64,000 nucleotides of DNA from Argopecten irradians (GCF_041381155.1 NC_091144.1:38796437-38860436), one strand, 5' to 3'. Counted from the first letter of the stretch, positions 24,276-38,720 are shown. Numbers and translations: made by a program. The notes: a model not told the origin generated them from the sequence alone.

Positions 24276-26414
24276 ACGTCCAGAGTTGTCGGTATACCCA
24301 CGACAGTGATGAGAGTAACATGTAAACGTTATTGTATATCTATATATACTATAGAAACAACAGGGCCACGAAGCTTCGGTGTTTTGTGCGAACACAACAC
24401 ATATATATACTCCCACAACGGTATAATCCCTCCTTGCGATGATCTGCTCGATTCACTAAACCATATTTCTAAAAATAACTTCTCCGCACTGACGCATTAC
24501 ACTGGTTTCAGCATCACGCCATGTATACTACACGGATATTTGCTCGCCTTATTTCATTATTATAATTTGACTTTATCATACTTCACAAATTAATGGTAGC
24601 TATAGCGTTGATGTTTCATCACATACACACCGCAGCACCATAATCCGTCATGTTGTGGAACTTTCCCATCGGTAGTCCATGGCGTCTGAAGATAATCCGT
24701 TGACTGCAAGTATAATAAAATATCAATTGTTTATACAGTTTACAAGCTTATATACTCACATTTTGTTATTTATAAACAATATACATACAGTTCACATGTT
24801 CACATCTCCCGTTCCTGTATAGCCTTCTTTACACAAGACAAACTGTGCCTAAAATATAGCCCAATATTTCTAAATACGACCTCTAGATGATCCAGCCAAA
24901 ACTTCTGTCAAGTTTTTTTTCAATGCCGGAAGAACAGAAATACACAAATGTAGAATATAGACCCACCATTCTCATCCCATCGCAGCAGTGTGAAACAAAG
25001 GCACAGGCTACAACGAAGTATACAGTGCTGTAATTGCTAGCAGACGACTCTTTAAAAATCCTTACTATTTAATACCAGATCATCTTGTCAGCCCACAGTT
25101 CGGTTTCTGCGTCAAAATATTCACTAATAGTTGTGTATGAAACTATAATTAAAGCCTCGACTGTAAAATTTTCGAAGTTCTAAGCGACTGTACTAAAGCC
25201 TTATCCTGGCACGATTTAGGTCACATACCCCTCCTCATCCTTTGGCTACAGTCACAACTAATCAAACAGACTGAAGCTTCATCCGGCATTGTCTAACACT
25301 ATGGGGCCATCCATGGGAGATCCAACCAGGCAAAACTTAACTTACAAACTCCATAAATGTTATTCACGTGTAGTTATACCGACGTTATCCCCCACTTGAT
25401 CTGCCTTGGTAAGTTGTGAAGCTTCAATGGAACAGACAGAGGTGTTTTGAGAGCAGCGAAGCCATAGAGAGTGCTGTTTCAAACCCAATGCGCCAATTCC
25501 CCTATAGCAAACAATGCAGACGTATCGGATTTCTCTGTCTGAGGGGAAAAGCAGATTCTGCGTACCGGTCCCTCCTCAAGCAGATGATTAGTGTACATCT
25601 ATAATGCACTATATCAAAAACAAGCCACACGGTTTTGTTGTCAGACTCGTCAGCACAAAATACTGGTTAATCCTTGAACTTCAATATCTCGAGTCCAGAT
25701 TCAATATATAAGGAAAATGCACTACCCAAGAATCTGATATGAAATATTTTGACAATACGTTAATCGATCTAATAGGGTCATCCCCAAACTTCGATATCTC
25801 GAGTGCAGGCTATATTACAAAGTCTCGTTATCTCGATCAATAATTTAATAATACGTCAACTGCTAAACTTCGATAACTCTCATTATCTCGATCTAAGAAG
25901 GTCATCACTAAAACATTACAACATATCTCGTTGTTTAACTCATTATTTCTATATTATATTCTTTCGATATAGTAGATTCTTTACGATAATGTTTTCTTGA
26001 TGCCTCGACTTTTAAATGTATGAAAGGTTTGCTCATTTAAGAACAATAGTATTATTACAATAAATAGAACAACTTTAGCAGTGAAAGTTTCAGCTTTTCT
26101 TTTATAGTTTCTAGATACAAAACATAAATGATAACAAAAAATCTCATGTTGATTGACTTACTTTTCATTTGTTTCTTTAAACGTATATCATAATCTCAAA
26201 ATCACACTTAAAACACCAGTCTGATTAAAATTTAAAATAATGATCCTTATTTTCACTCAATTTGACAGATGATATATCAGAGAATCTGACAACATTAAAG
26301 TAGGAGTTACGTTTAGATGACCGTTATTTTCTCCATATGGCAAAATCAACTGAAAATGACATTTCGTCCTGCATGGATATACATAGACTGACCACCAGTC
26401 TGTATAATATATAT

Positions 26415-26460
26415 AAACCCCCCCCCCCCCCCCAAAAAAAAAAAAAAAAAAAAAAAAAAA
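26415..26460. repeat. Homopolymer junction, a run of C (~15) followed by a run of A (~27)
   Basis: Read directly. Confidence 0.9.
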
Positions 26461-26869
26461 ACAATAACTAAGATTTGGCTTGACGTAATTCCTCTTTATC
26501 TCTGCTACATGTCTGTTTCTAAGTTGCAAACAAAGGGGAGATGATCTAGTAAAAAATTCTGTTGAAAAAGTCTGATCAATAACTTAAGAGTCAGTCTGGT
26601 ATAGACATAAATATATTGTTGTTGTTGTAATAAGACATGGCAACATAAAAAGATTCTGAAATCTCTGTACACTAGTTTGTCCCAGTCGAAAAAATTAGAG
26701 GCGGTAATTTGATTGACCAATCCGAAAGTTCATCGGAACATGACCCCTTATGAGATGTTTTCAGATCCTCTTTGAAACGCAGTGAGAATAAGGGTATGTT
26801 TTTAATCAGATTGGCGAAAACACGTTTACATATAAGTGTGTGTTGTGGGTGCTATACTGTTATACCTTT

Positions 26870-26990
26870 TTACAAAAAAAAACAAGAACAAAAAACATAC
26901 AAACAAACAAACAAAAACAAAAAAACAACAACAAACAAAAAAACCAACAAATAAAAAATAAAATAAATAAATAAACAAAAAAATGGGTTA
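26870..26990. repeat. A-rich low-complexity microsatellite, (CAAA)n and (AAAT)n
   Basis: Read directly. Confidence 0.85.
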
Positions 26991-28229
26991 ATGATGTACG
27001 CTGCAAGTGTTTTAAAAACTATTGAATCATCCGAGAACAATGATAATCTACGATGCCAAGAGAGAATTAGACAATCCTAACCGCACCGCGATGACTAATG
27101 CAAATTAAAGAGATGTTCCGAGATGTTAGTCATAACATTGTTCGAGGTAAGTCAGAAGCAAGATATTTTCTAGTTCACGGAAAGTGCCGAAGAGAAACGA
27201 CTTTTTAGTAACATTACTTCGGCCTGGCTTTGACACTAGAATTTCATAATCATAACAAATATATAATTTATTTTAGATGTTTTGGCATAAACAGCATTTT
27301 ATTTTTGGATAAAATGTGATGATTTGAAAAAGTGAAAGCAAAACATGTTACTTATAAACTGTATTTACAAATACACATATTTTTAAGTAAATTATGGTTT
27401 TACAGTATCAAGATATAAAATATAGTTTAGTTTTCTTCTATTTCAATACGTTATTGAATATCGTGTTGTGTAATCTACACTGGAACACACATACAGAAGT
27501 CCATCAAGCAATACAAGATCATCACCAATCCTTACTCAAATTCCATTACATCAGATACCACCAGACTTCATGACCTGTTGATTTTTAATTGACCAATCAT
27601 ACAACAGATTCAAGAATCTTGAAAAGGATTTTTGGAGTCCAAAATGTTTTTAGAATTGTATATATTTTTAAGTTTGAAGTCATTTTCTACAGTAGCCTAA
27701 CATTGACAGTGATTTACTGACGAAGTAGGTGTTGGTGTTGGGTGTATAACAAATTCAATAGTGTGAGGATAAGTGTAAGAGATATCAGAATAATAATTTA
27801 TTGGAATGGACATGAAAGATACACGGTATAATAACCTTTAACAAAAAGTGTAGGAGATGAAAAATGTAGTGTCGATGTTGCAAAATTTCGTTGTTATGGT
27901 CATGAGATAATTATTTTAAGATATGAGTATGATTTAACACCCGAAAAAAATACAAAACATAATCTGGGAATTAAAAAGCATCTCTTGCTTGAATAACATT
28001 TTTGTTGATACTGTATTTCCAATATTGATTACCGATTATGATACTATCGTTTGTATATTGCCTTTACGTCGTTTGGTTATGTTTACATATAACTGTCGAT
28101 AAGTGTGGATAGTGCGTGTGTTGGGAGGCTGGGGTATGTTCGTGTTATAAAAATCTTCTCTTTTTGATAGAAGACATCGAACAACACACTCAACTCAAAA
28201 TAAAGTTGTGATCTGCAGTTTCATTCCAC

Positions 28230-28515
28230 ATTTTTAGAGTGTTATTGTAATTGTTAAGTATAATTTCTGCGGGTGTTTAATTTATTAAAACATACATAAG
28301 GCATTAAAAACGAGAATCTTACACTGCATAAATTCTATGTTGTAACTTATGTTTATAAGGAATTTTACATGTTTATCTATTTGAATGATTTCCATAGCTT
28401 TATTCATTAAACTTTTTGGTTTTTCAGAGGTTACTAAAAACAATAATTACATGTAGAAATCTTTGATCAGATATGGCACATATGATAAGTTCATATTACG
28501 TCACGGTTGGGTGTT
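28230..28515. repeat. Local segmental duplication copy 1 (paralogue of 30460-30721). Holds the empty site for a MITE C insertion
   Basis: It is about 80% identical to 30460-30721 and ends ...cacggttgggtgttaggttg with no insertion. Confidence 0.7.
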
Positions 28516-30289
28516 AGGTTGATATATATGGTTACCTTATATACTCTATCAGTTTGAATTTATTTGACCTTATGACACTATATATTGCGCTATCAAGATA
28601 TTATTAGAATGTATAGTGCTATTGTGATACAGTATTATTATTATAATATATAGAACCGGTTTAAGTGATACAGGAGATAATCTGTATTGTAATGATAATA
28701 AAAGAACATCTCGTTTGGACCCGAGGATGATCCTGTTTCAGTTAGATGAAAATTCTAATCCTTCTGCCTTTGAAAACAAAGTATGACCTGTGGGGGCGAT
28801 TAAAACATTTAAATCGGACCTCTAACTTATCTTATCATGCGTTATAAGTAAATATTTTTGATGAAAATATCATACTAAGGTTTCCCATGTATGAACATTG
28901 TTAAAATCGTTTAACCTATGGCGAGTATAACATAGGATAGAGGTAACATTTTAAGTAACTATATAGGTCAAAGAAGTACTATCAAAGGAATGTTCCGGGT
29001 AACACGGGGTCCTTACAAACGTACATTTGTAGGATACGAATTACATTTGTGTACTTCAAATGATAAATATGGACAAGGAAGCAATCATATGCGTTTGGAC
29101 AAAATAGACTATTATCAAGGCAGTCTGTCTCTTTATCAAGATACAATAACACAAACTGGGTCAGATAATATAGAATTTACAATAGAAAATACAAAAAAAG
29201 ACAAAGGAAAAAATATTACAATTTACTTATAATGCAAGGCGAAATCTAACGAGAGTTAGGCATGAAAGTCTATCTAAAGAACATTGTAGTTATATCAATA
29301 GACAAAATTTTTTTGGTCTGGTGTTTTACTCTTTGAAATAATTATATTCATCTACTCTTTTTCGTCTTGTTTTATAATCTATAAAAGCCACAGTAAATTC
29401 GAAGAAAAGTTGAAGTACCAGAGGAAGACCATCGACCTACGATCAATATCACACCTCATCGCGTGTGATATCACGACCCTCAGGAGAATTGTTAGCGTGA
29501 ATAAAAATGTTGGACACTTGAACCACTTCCTAACCACGTTCACTACCAAATAAAAATCCCAGTTATATTTTGCACACATGCTTTGCTATTCTTTTGATAC
29601 GCTAGCTTTAGATCTAACTACAAAATCTAGTTATTGAAGCCATATCCATCCCTTAAATGTTGTTGAAATGCAAAATCGAATTAAAAATAAAATAAAAATT
29701 CCATCATAATGACATTAAATTTGTACTGAAGATTATCATCCAGCCTTATGCATATTCATGTCATGTGTATCTTGATAGAGAAATTCATATCGTGTATACT
29801 TGAATAAAAAAATTACCCTTGCACGTATCTAATGTGTTTAAAGATTCCTTAGCATGGGGTTACCTTCTTGTACTGCAGTACAACATGCAAATGGGTTCAT
29901 TTCCCCTTAACTTTAATGTTGATTTTTTTTCTGAAGAATGTCGATATCTTTCTTAAGTGGTATTTAAGGTACGATAAATATTTTGATAATAACGATCAAA
30001 AATTTGAAGTATTTGACACCTAGCGTGTTGATTGGTGACAAGGTGCACTGAAATCATTTATAATATAGTGGAATTTTAAAGTTATATGTTCCATAATTTT
30101 CATACACACGAATCAAGAAGTGCTATTGATATGTTATTCACAACCAAAAGTTACCAACATTTTGAAAATTACTATATTTACAATGCATCGGTTTCAATTT
30201 CACAAGTAAAAATAAGAACTGAAAATGATTTTTGACAGTACTGCCAAAAATAAATATGATCACATTTACATTGCAATGGAATGGGTACA

Positions 30290-30430
30290 TATGGTCAGAC
30301 CCATCGTCGGAGACCCACGGGTGATCGCACTACACTACGCTACACTTATCACCCGTGGGCAGGCAAACTCATCGTAAAATCCTCGTAGTGCGATCACCCG
30401 TGGGTCTCCGACGATGGGTCAGACCATGAA
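30290..30430. repeat. GC-rich perfect hairpin with 41-bp inverted-repeat arms (ggtcagacccatcgtcggagacccacgggtgatcgcactac ... gtagtgcgatcacccgtgggtctccgacgatgggtcagacc) and a ~60-nt loop
   Basis: The arms were read directly and are perfectly complementary. Confidence 0.8.
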
Positions 30431-30459
30431 GCTTAGTAGTAATCTAGTTGTAATTGCGA

Positions 30460-30721
30460 AGTTATTTCTGTAGGTATTTTTTCATGTATACATACATACA
30501 TAAGGAAAAAACCCCAAGAATTTTACACTGCATAAACTCTGTGTTGTAACTATTAGTAATGTTTATGGGGCATCTGAATGTTTGTATATCTATTTGAATG
30601 ATTTTCATTGCTTTATTCATAAAACTTTTTTTGTGTATGTTACTGAAGAAAAAATAACATGTTGAAATTTTCTTACCAGATATGGCACAAGTGATATGTT
30701 CATATTAAGTTACGGTTGGGT
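30460..30721. repeat. Local segmental duplication copy 2. It abuts the filled MITE C site
   Basis: It aligns with 28230-28515. Confidence 0.7.
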
Positions 30722-31038
30722 CATCCTCGATACTCCAGGGCTTCCGATCACTTACGATCTCTACACCCCTGGACTATCTCACAGTGAAATTGAAGGCAGC
30801 TCAGCGGAAAACATTTGACCAATCACGGGCTAGCAAATATTTCATTTGAAGACTACAGAGAGAGCGACGCCTAACATCAAAGCCACAGAGTCAACCACAG
30901 TGTACCGTTATACGGCTCTTTTGATGTACATCAAATGACTAAGTTACCTGTTCTATTCTGTTGCCTCCAGTTTTACTATGAGATAGTCCAGGGGTGTAGA
31001 GATCGTAAGTGATCGGAACCCCTGGAATATCGAGGATG
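30722..31038. mobile_element. MITE family C copy (317 bp) with a 9-bp target-site duplication CGGTTGGGT
   Basis: The left flank is acggttgggt|CATCCTCGATACTCC... and the right flank is ...TATCGAGGATG|cggttgggta. The paralogous empty site at 28505 reads acggttgggtgttagg. Confidence 0.9.
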
Positions 31039-33229
31039 CGGTTGGGTATTTGGTTCACTGTATCTTTTAACTCTATCACCATGCACTTTCATCATCACTT
31101 CATTTGTCTTACAAACAGCTAATAATCGTAGGAAATGCGATTTAGTCGGTTATATTCATGGGTCAAAATTCTCATGATTTTTTTTTAATAGAAAAAAATA
31201 TCCGGGTACTCCGGTTTCTTCCTACTCAAAGACCCCATCGTGCTCTTACAACCGGGTCATCGAAAGTTTTTTTTGTATACGTTATGTACCTTGTTTTCGC
31301 GATCGATGTAAAATCTTTAAAGCTTATATCTTGAAAATGGAATTAAAAGTTACCGCAAAAATGATTTCCATATTACAGGTAAAGAAACTAGTATATCGAT
31401 TAAACTCTTACTATTGAAAGACAATGCTCTTAACAAATATGATATTTAATTATCCAAAGGCAATGGCAGTGTTAATTAAATCATCTCTTATATTAAATCT
31501 TACTGTTAAAATTCAAAGCTCTTAACAAATATTATATTTAATTACCCCCAAGGTCATGGCAATGTCACATTTAAACCATCTCTAAGAATAGTTTTTTTTT
31601 ATATATGGTGTGTCGTTTGATCTAAATACCTAATTAACGTAGGTTTCTATCATACCTGTATGTGGGTAACAAAAAAGTTTGTGCTAGATATAAATTTGAT
31701 TGATAAATTGTGGAGAAAATCTTATTAGAAATCTGATATATTAATTGTGATTTATTATATTATATTTTTATCTGGAAATCTGCAATACAATTGAATGGAT
31801 CTTATTATCTAAATTGAAAACTTTACAATATTATTGAGTATAAGTTAAGGAGAGAAATATTAATATAGATATTCATTCACGAAGTTTGAAATGTGATATC
31901 AACATGTCCATTCATATTGTCAAGTTAGAAATTAAGATCTAAAACGAACTGTGTATGAGAGGGGGCCTTTAGGCTATAGGTAGGAATATAGAGGACATTT
32001 AAATATATACTATCTATCTACGAACGTCGTTCACGCTATTGTAAGTCTTTAACGTGATCGAAACTGATAGCTTATCATCCACCTGGAGATATGTATATGA
32101 TACTACCATTCACATACCTGTATATCCAAAAACTTAACTATTACTTCTAATAAAGCGACGTGTCTTCACAGTTGCATGAAATTGATAAATTGATATCGGA
32201 ATATCTTACAGGGGTTATGTAAGTAAATTGGTATATTGTATAGGTAAATTATTGTTGACATGAACTATGCAAAGTATATATATTGTGGAAAAAATATCAA
32301 TAAAACACAATATAAAAAGGTTTTAAAACATGAGTGCTACATATATAACACGCATTCATAATAATATTAGTATCGTATAATATATAATTATCATCATAGC
32401 CAAATTCAATGTTAAACGATTGAATATTTTTATTATCCTCGATTTTGAACACTTAGATTGTGTGTAATAGGCAGTGAAACAATGTCATGAGACAAAGAAT
32501 GTGTCATGTTACATTGTACTCTGTTTTTTGGGTTTTTTTTTTTTTGACTTTGAAATAAAATCACGTGTTTTGTCGGTTGACAAATCTTTTCAAATCTGCT
32601 TGTAATGTTATTATGTGTATATATCAAATTATCGTCCCTTGTAACTGACAATAATACCAATTCACGATTGATGATAACATATTATTAATTGTAATTTAAT
32701 TAAATCTAGATCTATCGCGATATGAGCATTATGAAAACCTTCATAAGGTCAGAAGGATGTTTACATTAAAATGCTTAGGTATGTATTAAAATATCAAAAT
32801 GACTTCCCACCGTCGTAATATGACATCAACTGTCAATATTATTCAATGTAATAACATTCGTGTACATGTCATGAACGTCGTATTGTAAAGGGGTACACTA
32901 GGGACATCAAACAATGCAATAAATGCAAAGTATGTGTGACGAATAGAAAAAGGGATGCCGTAGGCACAAATAGAAATACTTATAACGGAAATTTTCAATC
33001 GCGTTTTTTTACGTCGAAGTATTATAACAATATAATGAAATCGATATGTAATTGTAGCACATTTAATAATAAGACAGCTGCTATCATGTTGTGTTATACT
33101 TTCCATATAGAGAAGAGTTATTACTCATAATTGTATATATAACGTTTGAAATTTGTTAAAGAATATAGCATTCGCGTTCTGGTTTAAATTATCAATAAAT
33201 TATCAACAATAAAGCGTAATGACACACAC

Positions 33230-33510
33230 ACGTATGTAGAATCTATCACTCTCGCATTTACACTTAATTTATTGAAATTTATTAACTTACACATATACAG
33301 ATATATAAAAGTTCTTTATATTCAGAAACACCTACACTAGAAGATATATATTATTGACTTATACACACACAGATAAATACAATTTCTTTATAATCAAAAA
33401 CATTTACGCTGTCTAAAAGACGTATTGACATCTATTGACAGACACACATACATACTAATATATGCAATTTCATTATAATAAAGAAACGTTTACTATAAAT
33501 CAACAACTAA
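33230..33510. repeat. Degenerate tandem repeat with a ~70-bp unit, ~4 copies (acacacac...atacaatttctttata.tcaaaaaca..tac)
   Basis: Read directly. Confidence 0.6.
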
Positions 33511-35567
33511 ATAACAACAATAAAATATAAAAAATAACTTACCTTCAGGATGTAAACATATTAAACGTGCGGCGTGACGCCAGATATGTAAACACAAACA
33601 CAAATCTACATTTCAATCCCGATTACTCGCTACCGGTCGTGGAGTACTACTAAGATATGTAGAGCAAGTTTGAACAATACTTTAGCAAAACATATATGTC
33701 CTAGCTTTGACAGTCAGCGAGTGAGTGTAGGTAAATAGCGTAGTATTGTTCACAAAGCTATTGTCAGATCTAGGTCTGAACAAGCACACACCTGCCCAGC
33801 CATCTACTTATAAACTGTTTGAGATGAATGCTTTACTTTACGCAACGAACTCCCGAGCTTTAAATCAAACGCACCCAAATGGAGTCTGACGCCTTGTATG
33901 TAGAACTTTAAATCAAGATCGCCTAAATAAAGTCGGACGCCCATAAATGGCAGTCATTGAGTGAGAAAAAATATTTATCACATAAAAACTGCATCGGTTT
34001 ATGCTTGAGTTTGTAATTTGAATGGTGTCTGATTTTCTTTATGAGGTCGGCTGTTTCATTGGTCTAATAAGTTGTCGACATAATAAACAATTAATTAATC
34101 TGACACCTCATTCTGGCGGTAAGATAAAAATCAAACAAAAGAGATACAAATATTTTAAAAGTAGGACTAAGTAGGAACTACCGGAAGAGTTAAACAATAA
34201 ATACAGGAATCAAAATCATCAACACACAGTCCAGTGTTTTAAACCATATTGCAATTACTTGTATCTCTCTTCTGAGGCATTTAACGTCAACAGGAACGAT
34301 GATTGTCTGAGGATAGTAAAGTTAACGCCCGCTTAAATAAAAGCTTCAACCCCTCCAATAAAAAGACTAAAGTATAGTCATTGTCTCAAACCGATGGACT
34401 GCAAATTGAATGTTAAAGAGGACCAGAATATCAGTGGGTTTTTTCTTCCCTTAACTACCAAACTCCAAAGTTTCCTATGGGATATAGATAATACCGTATA
34501 GCCTGTTATTTTCGCGGAGATGATATTTTCGCGAGTTCGCGAGTCATTGCTATTAATTTAACTTACTCAATTTTTATATGTTAACATAGAAATATTTAGT
34601 CTTGCTATTCTTACTGACATAATGATACTGAAAACCATCTAATTTTTTGCGTGCGATAGCGTTCGCGAGTGAAAAGAAACCTCGAACATAAATCATCGCG
34701 AAAATACAGTTTGAGAAGAACATTATTGCCCTGAATCATGAAAAAGTTGTTACACATGAAAACGCGAAATAAAGTAGTCGTGAAAAGCAGTTGGTTTACA
34801 TTTTATATACATCGATACAATATTTGATATTATATCTCTTTAAACTAACATCTATTAAGACAAAATTATAGATAATTTTTAAAGTTACAATTTCAAATTA
34901 AATTGTAAAGGTAAAAATGTGATGAATTATCAAGAGAAATAAAAAAAGAAATATGCGATTTTAGAAGGTGACCGTAATTAAATTATTATAGGTATCAGTT
35001 TAACCTGTCAAATCTGCCGATAATTAATTTTATTTTCTCTCAAGTATGTGATAAAAATTTACTTTTGCTGCCATAATTAAAAAAGCTATGGAGGTCGTGA
35101 AGATTTATGACAATATATGTACGGCGTCCCTAAATGTCATATATCTAGCATCCTCGATAACGTCCTTCCCTGGAATATGTCATAGCAAATGAAAGCTTGT
35201 GTGACATATTATGTCTATCAGAAGGTAGGGTAGTATCATAGCTTTTATGTGCATCAAAAAAATTGGTTGATCTAATTTTCTCCGAAAATGCTTTCAACTG
35301 ACACCAGACGAAGAAGGGGTGACACTTACAAATATGTGCTAGCCAGTAATCAGCAGTTATCGAAAGCGTCGTTACTGTTTTCAAGTTTATCTACAAGAGA
35401 CCAGAAAGTCTTACTAGCAGGTTCAATCCTCAACTACATTAAAAAGGTAAGACGATAGAAGACCACATCAAGTAATAGTTACAATGGCAAAAGGAGGGAT
35501 ACAAGTCACACCCATTTTACCTTACGTATTATTATATGCAAGGTATTTGTAGATAAACTCGAGATAT

Positions 35568-35887
35568 TCCAGGGGATGCTACAACTGTCGCTATATCCAC
35601 CCTTGGACTATTTTCCTAGTCAAAATGAAGGCAGTTCAGGAGGAAAAACTGATCAATCATAGGCTTGCAGAGACTACTTTTGAAGTCTACAGAGATAGTG
35701 ACACCCAACTTCAAAGCGACGCAGTCAACCACAGTGTACCGTTATTAAATTCAATTCTTTTGATGTTCTTCAAAGAACCAAACTGCCTTCTCATCTGTGG
35801 TCGCACGCAGAACCTTCCGTTCTCCTATGAAATATCCCATGGGTTGATATAACGACAGTGATACTAACCCCCAGAATAACGAGAATG
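35568..35887. mobile_element. MITE family C copy (diverged)
   Basis: It runs cgagatattccaggggatgctacaactgtcgctatatccacccttggact ... gtgatactaacccccagaataacgagaatg and carries the shared core tacagagatagtgacacccaacttcaaagcgacgcagtcaaccacagtgtaccgttat. Confidence 0.75.
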
Positions 35888-37743
35888 CGGTATATAAATG
35901 AGACGTAGAACCAAATTTTGAATTAATCCTACCAAATACTTATATTGTATATCCTAACATCAAACTAAGCCAACATCTATTAGCATTTACGTGTTAAACT
36001 ATCTAGAATAATTATCCATCTGTATCATGCTAGAAATTGTTATCTTAAAGAAGTGCCTATATACTAACACTGGCATGAATTATTATTGTACTGACGTGAT
36101 AATATTTGTACTATATCTTAATTTACTTATCTAAACGAAGTATATGTATATATCAATATTATCCTAAAGCAGCCACCCCTTCTTAAGACATTATGAATTG
36201 TAAGATAAATACAGACTGCATAGTATTTTGTCCGTCAAAATAGTTCTAATTAATCCGATATATTACATTTTTTGTACACACAATTCTTCATAAATGGGCG
36301 ACCAGTGTAACTTTGGTTGAAAGAAAAACAACTCTTGAAATGTTTGAACAACTGATGTTTTTAAAATGTCTTTCGTGAGCCACTTGTAATATAATCTTAT
36401 TTTATTAGCCACACGAGTTTCATATTCTATTTATCACATAATTCACATTTTTTATCATCTATTTAGCTATTTAGCTGTTTTCCTTCTTAAGGCAATCGTA
36501 ATATAATCTTACAACGACAATTTCACGAATTTCAGATTCCTTTGGTTACATTTAGATAGAGCAATCGTTTCTCCATTAATGTGCAAAATGTCTAAAAACT
36601 GTGCATTTTTACCTAAAAATTAAGGGGTAGAGTAGCGTATTAAAAGAAAAACAATAATATTAAATATAACTTCTACATTCATATGCAAAATATGTTAAAA
36701 AAGGGGTTAAATCTGACAAATATGGCTAAAATTTGTGCATTTTTCACTTAAAAACTAAGGGGTATTATGGCATAAGCCAAGAAAAACAATATTATTAAAT
36801 ATAACTTCTATATTTTAAAAACAGACAAGCAACCATGAAATAACTTCTGCAAAAATATATACATATCAAACATTCCGTAAGGAAACTATGGTTTGTTTGT
36901 ATCTTGGATAAGGCCAAAACGGCAAAATTGACATAAAATCCAACATTTTCTCGAATTGGTATCTTTAAATGGCAATAGCTCAAAAACGTGCACTCGGACA
37001 TATCGTATGAACTCCTATTTCCAAAAATCTATACGAGAAAAAAAATACAGGAAAAGTTTGACTTCTCATAGGTGTACTTTTTTTAAGTACATTTATATCT
37101 TATTCAAAAAGTAGTTGATTGTAAGACAGGCTTGGCTTCATCATTGATTACATTAAAATCACGAATAATGACCTCATTCTCTACTTAAAACAATACACTG
37201 CAGATCACAATATTAAAAACGAAATATTATCACTACGACTATGTTTTCAAAGAATTTTTATTGACTTTTTTTGTCTTTTTTGTTTTGTCTTGTGTTTTTT
37301 TGGCCTCCCAAAACATACAGACATCCAAAGACTGCAACACATTGTACACCTGGGAATCTGTCCTTAATGACCCTGTCTGTTACTATAAATAAACCAAACC
37401 AATCTAATATGATAATAAAGCCAAATAAGGAATCCCTTAAGACATTGAGAATTACACACGTTGTCAATTAGTAGAACTTATTTGATAATGTGAAGAGATT
37501 GATTTTCTAATGTTTATGAGCAATAGCAAAACATGTTCTATATACTCTGTTTTCTAAACCTTTGATAATGAACTTTCTTCTCGAAAACGTACTTTTTCAA
37601 AACTTATGGCCATTTAAAAGATCTTAACATAAAACATATTTATGCGGAGGTAATACCAGAATTCTACTTCACCATTGTTTTTGAAAGAATGGTGAAGCTA
37701 TCTATTATAAATCTTCAGTTAAATTATCTTCTTATCATTTTAA

Positions 37744-38064
37744 GATGCTACACCGCTGAAAATTAAAAAAAAAAAATTCTGAGATTTTCTGCAGTTACAT
37801 TAGTTACTTACTTTACACAATTATCACCATTGAAAAATTTGAGCTTCTAATTCTTCTTCAAGATAAAGCTATTAAAAACAGATAATTACCTCACGAAAAA
37901 TTTCCATGGCACTGTGCCCTAAATGAAATTAAGTACTGATTGTACATGCACCAAAAGCTAAATAAATTATTGAATATGATTTTTTGTGTTAATTAGACAC
38001 ATGTAAATACTGTAAATATATATAAAATATGTATCGTTTATGCTCTGTCGGCGGTGGAGCTTAT
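37744..38064 (+). mobile_element. MITE family A copy 4 (diverged)
   Basis: TTAA at 37740-37743 is followed by gatgctacaccgctga, and the element ends gtcggcggtggagcttatTTAA. The interior is collinear with A1. Confidence 0.75.
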
Positions 38065-38129
38065 TTAATCTATTCTAGTGGGTTTATATTATGCCTGTCC
38101 TAATAGTCCTTACAACTACTGTAAACCAG

Positions 38130-38350
38130 CTTAGTTTCGCATGCGAGTAAATTTCGTGTGATTCGAGCAGTTACTTAAAAAAAATAGGTAAGCATACACA
38201 CACGAAATTAAGTAACCTCGAAAAAATAGGTAGGCATATAACGCGAAATTAAGTTAGCGCGAAAACGTAGGAAGGCATAAACACGTGAAATTAAGTTAAA
38301 TCGAAAAAGAAGGTAGGAACAAATACGCGAAATATAGTTACCGCGAGAAT
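38130..38350. repeat. Tandem repeat with a ~42-bp unit, ~5 copies (cgaaattaagtaacctcgaaaaaataggtaggcatataacg). It lies ~0.75 kb upstream of the mucin-like gene
   Basis: Read directly. Confidence 0.8.
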
Positions 38351-38644
38351 AGTATGCAGAAGATGACTCTCTGATTAGTCAAGTTGAAATAAAATACAAG
38401 TAAACACTTATCCATAACATCAAAGTATTAAATAATTATTGTAAGTAGTTGAAATTTAATTTGTTTGAGAAACATTACCAGCTTAATTTTTTGTATTATA
38501 TATTGTATTGATTTTACTATAATCCGAAGTTTTAATGCATTTGATTTCATAAATATGTGACAAAAGATCGAACTTTTCAAGAATACAATTTATTGTTTGG
38601 TTAACTAAAACCTTTCAAACAATGTCAATGTTATTGCGATAATC

Positions 38645-38720
38645 AGCATTTATATAAATAGAATAAAACAACCCGCAGTATTTTGTTCTATCAAATGTAG
38701 ATGGTTATAAATAAAATCTA
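38645..38720 (+). promoter_or_regulatory. Candidate TATA-like elements upstream of the 39075 ORF (tatataaata at 38651; ggttataaataaaat at 38703)
   Basis: Only the motifs are present. They sit 360-420 bp upstream of the ATG, and nothing supports a transcription start. Confidence 0.15.
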
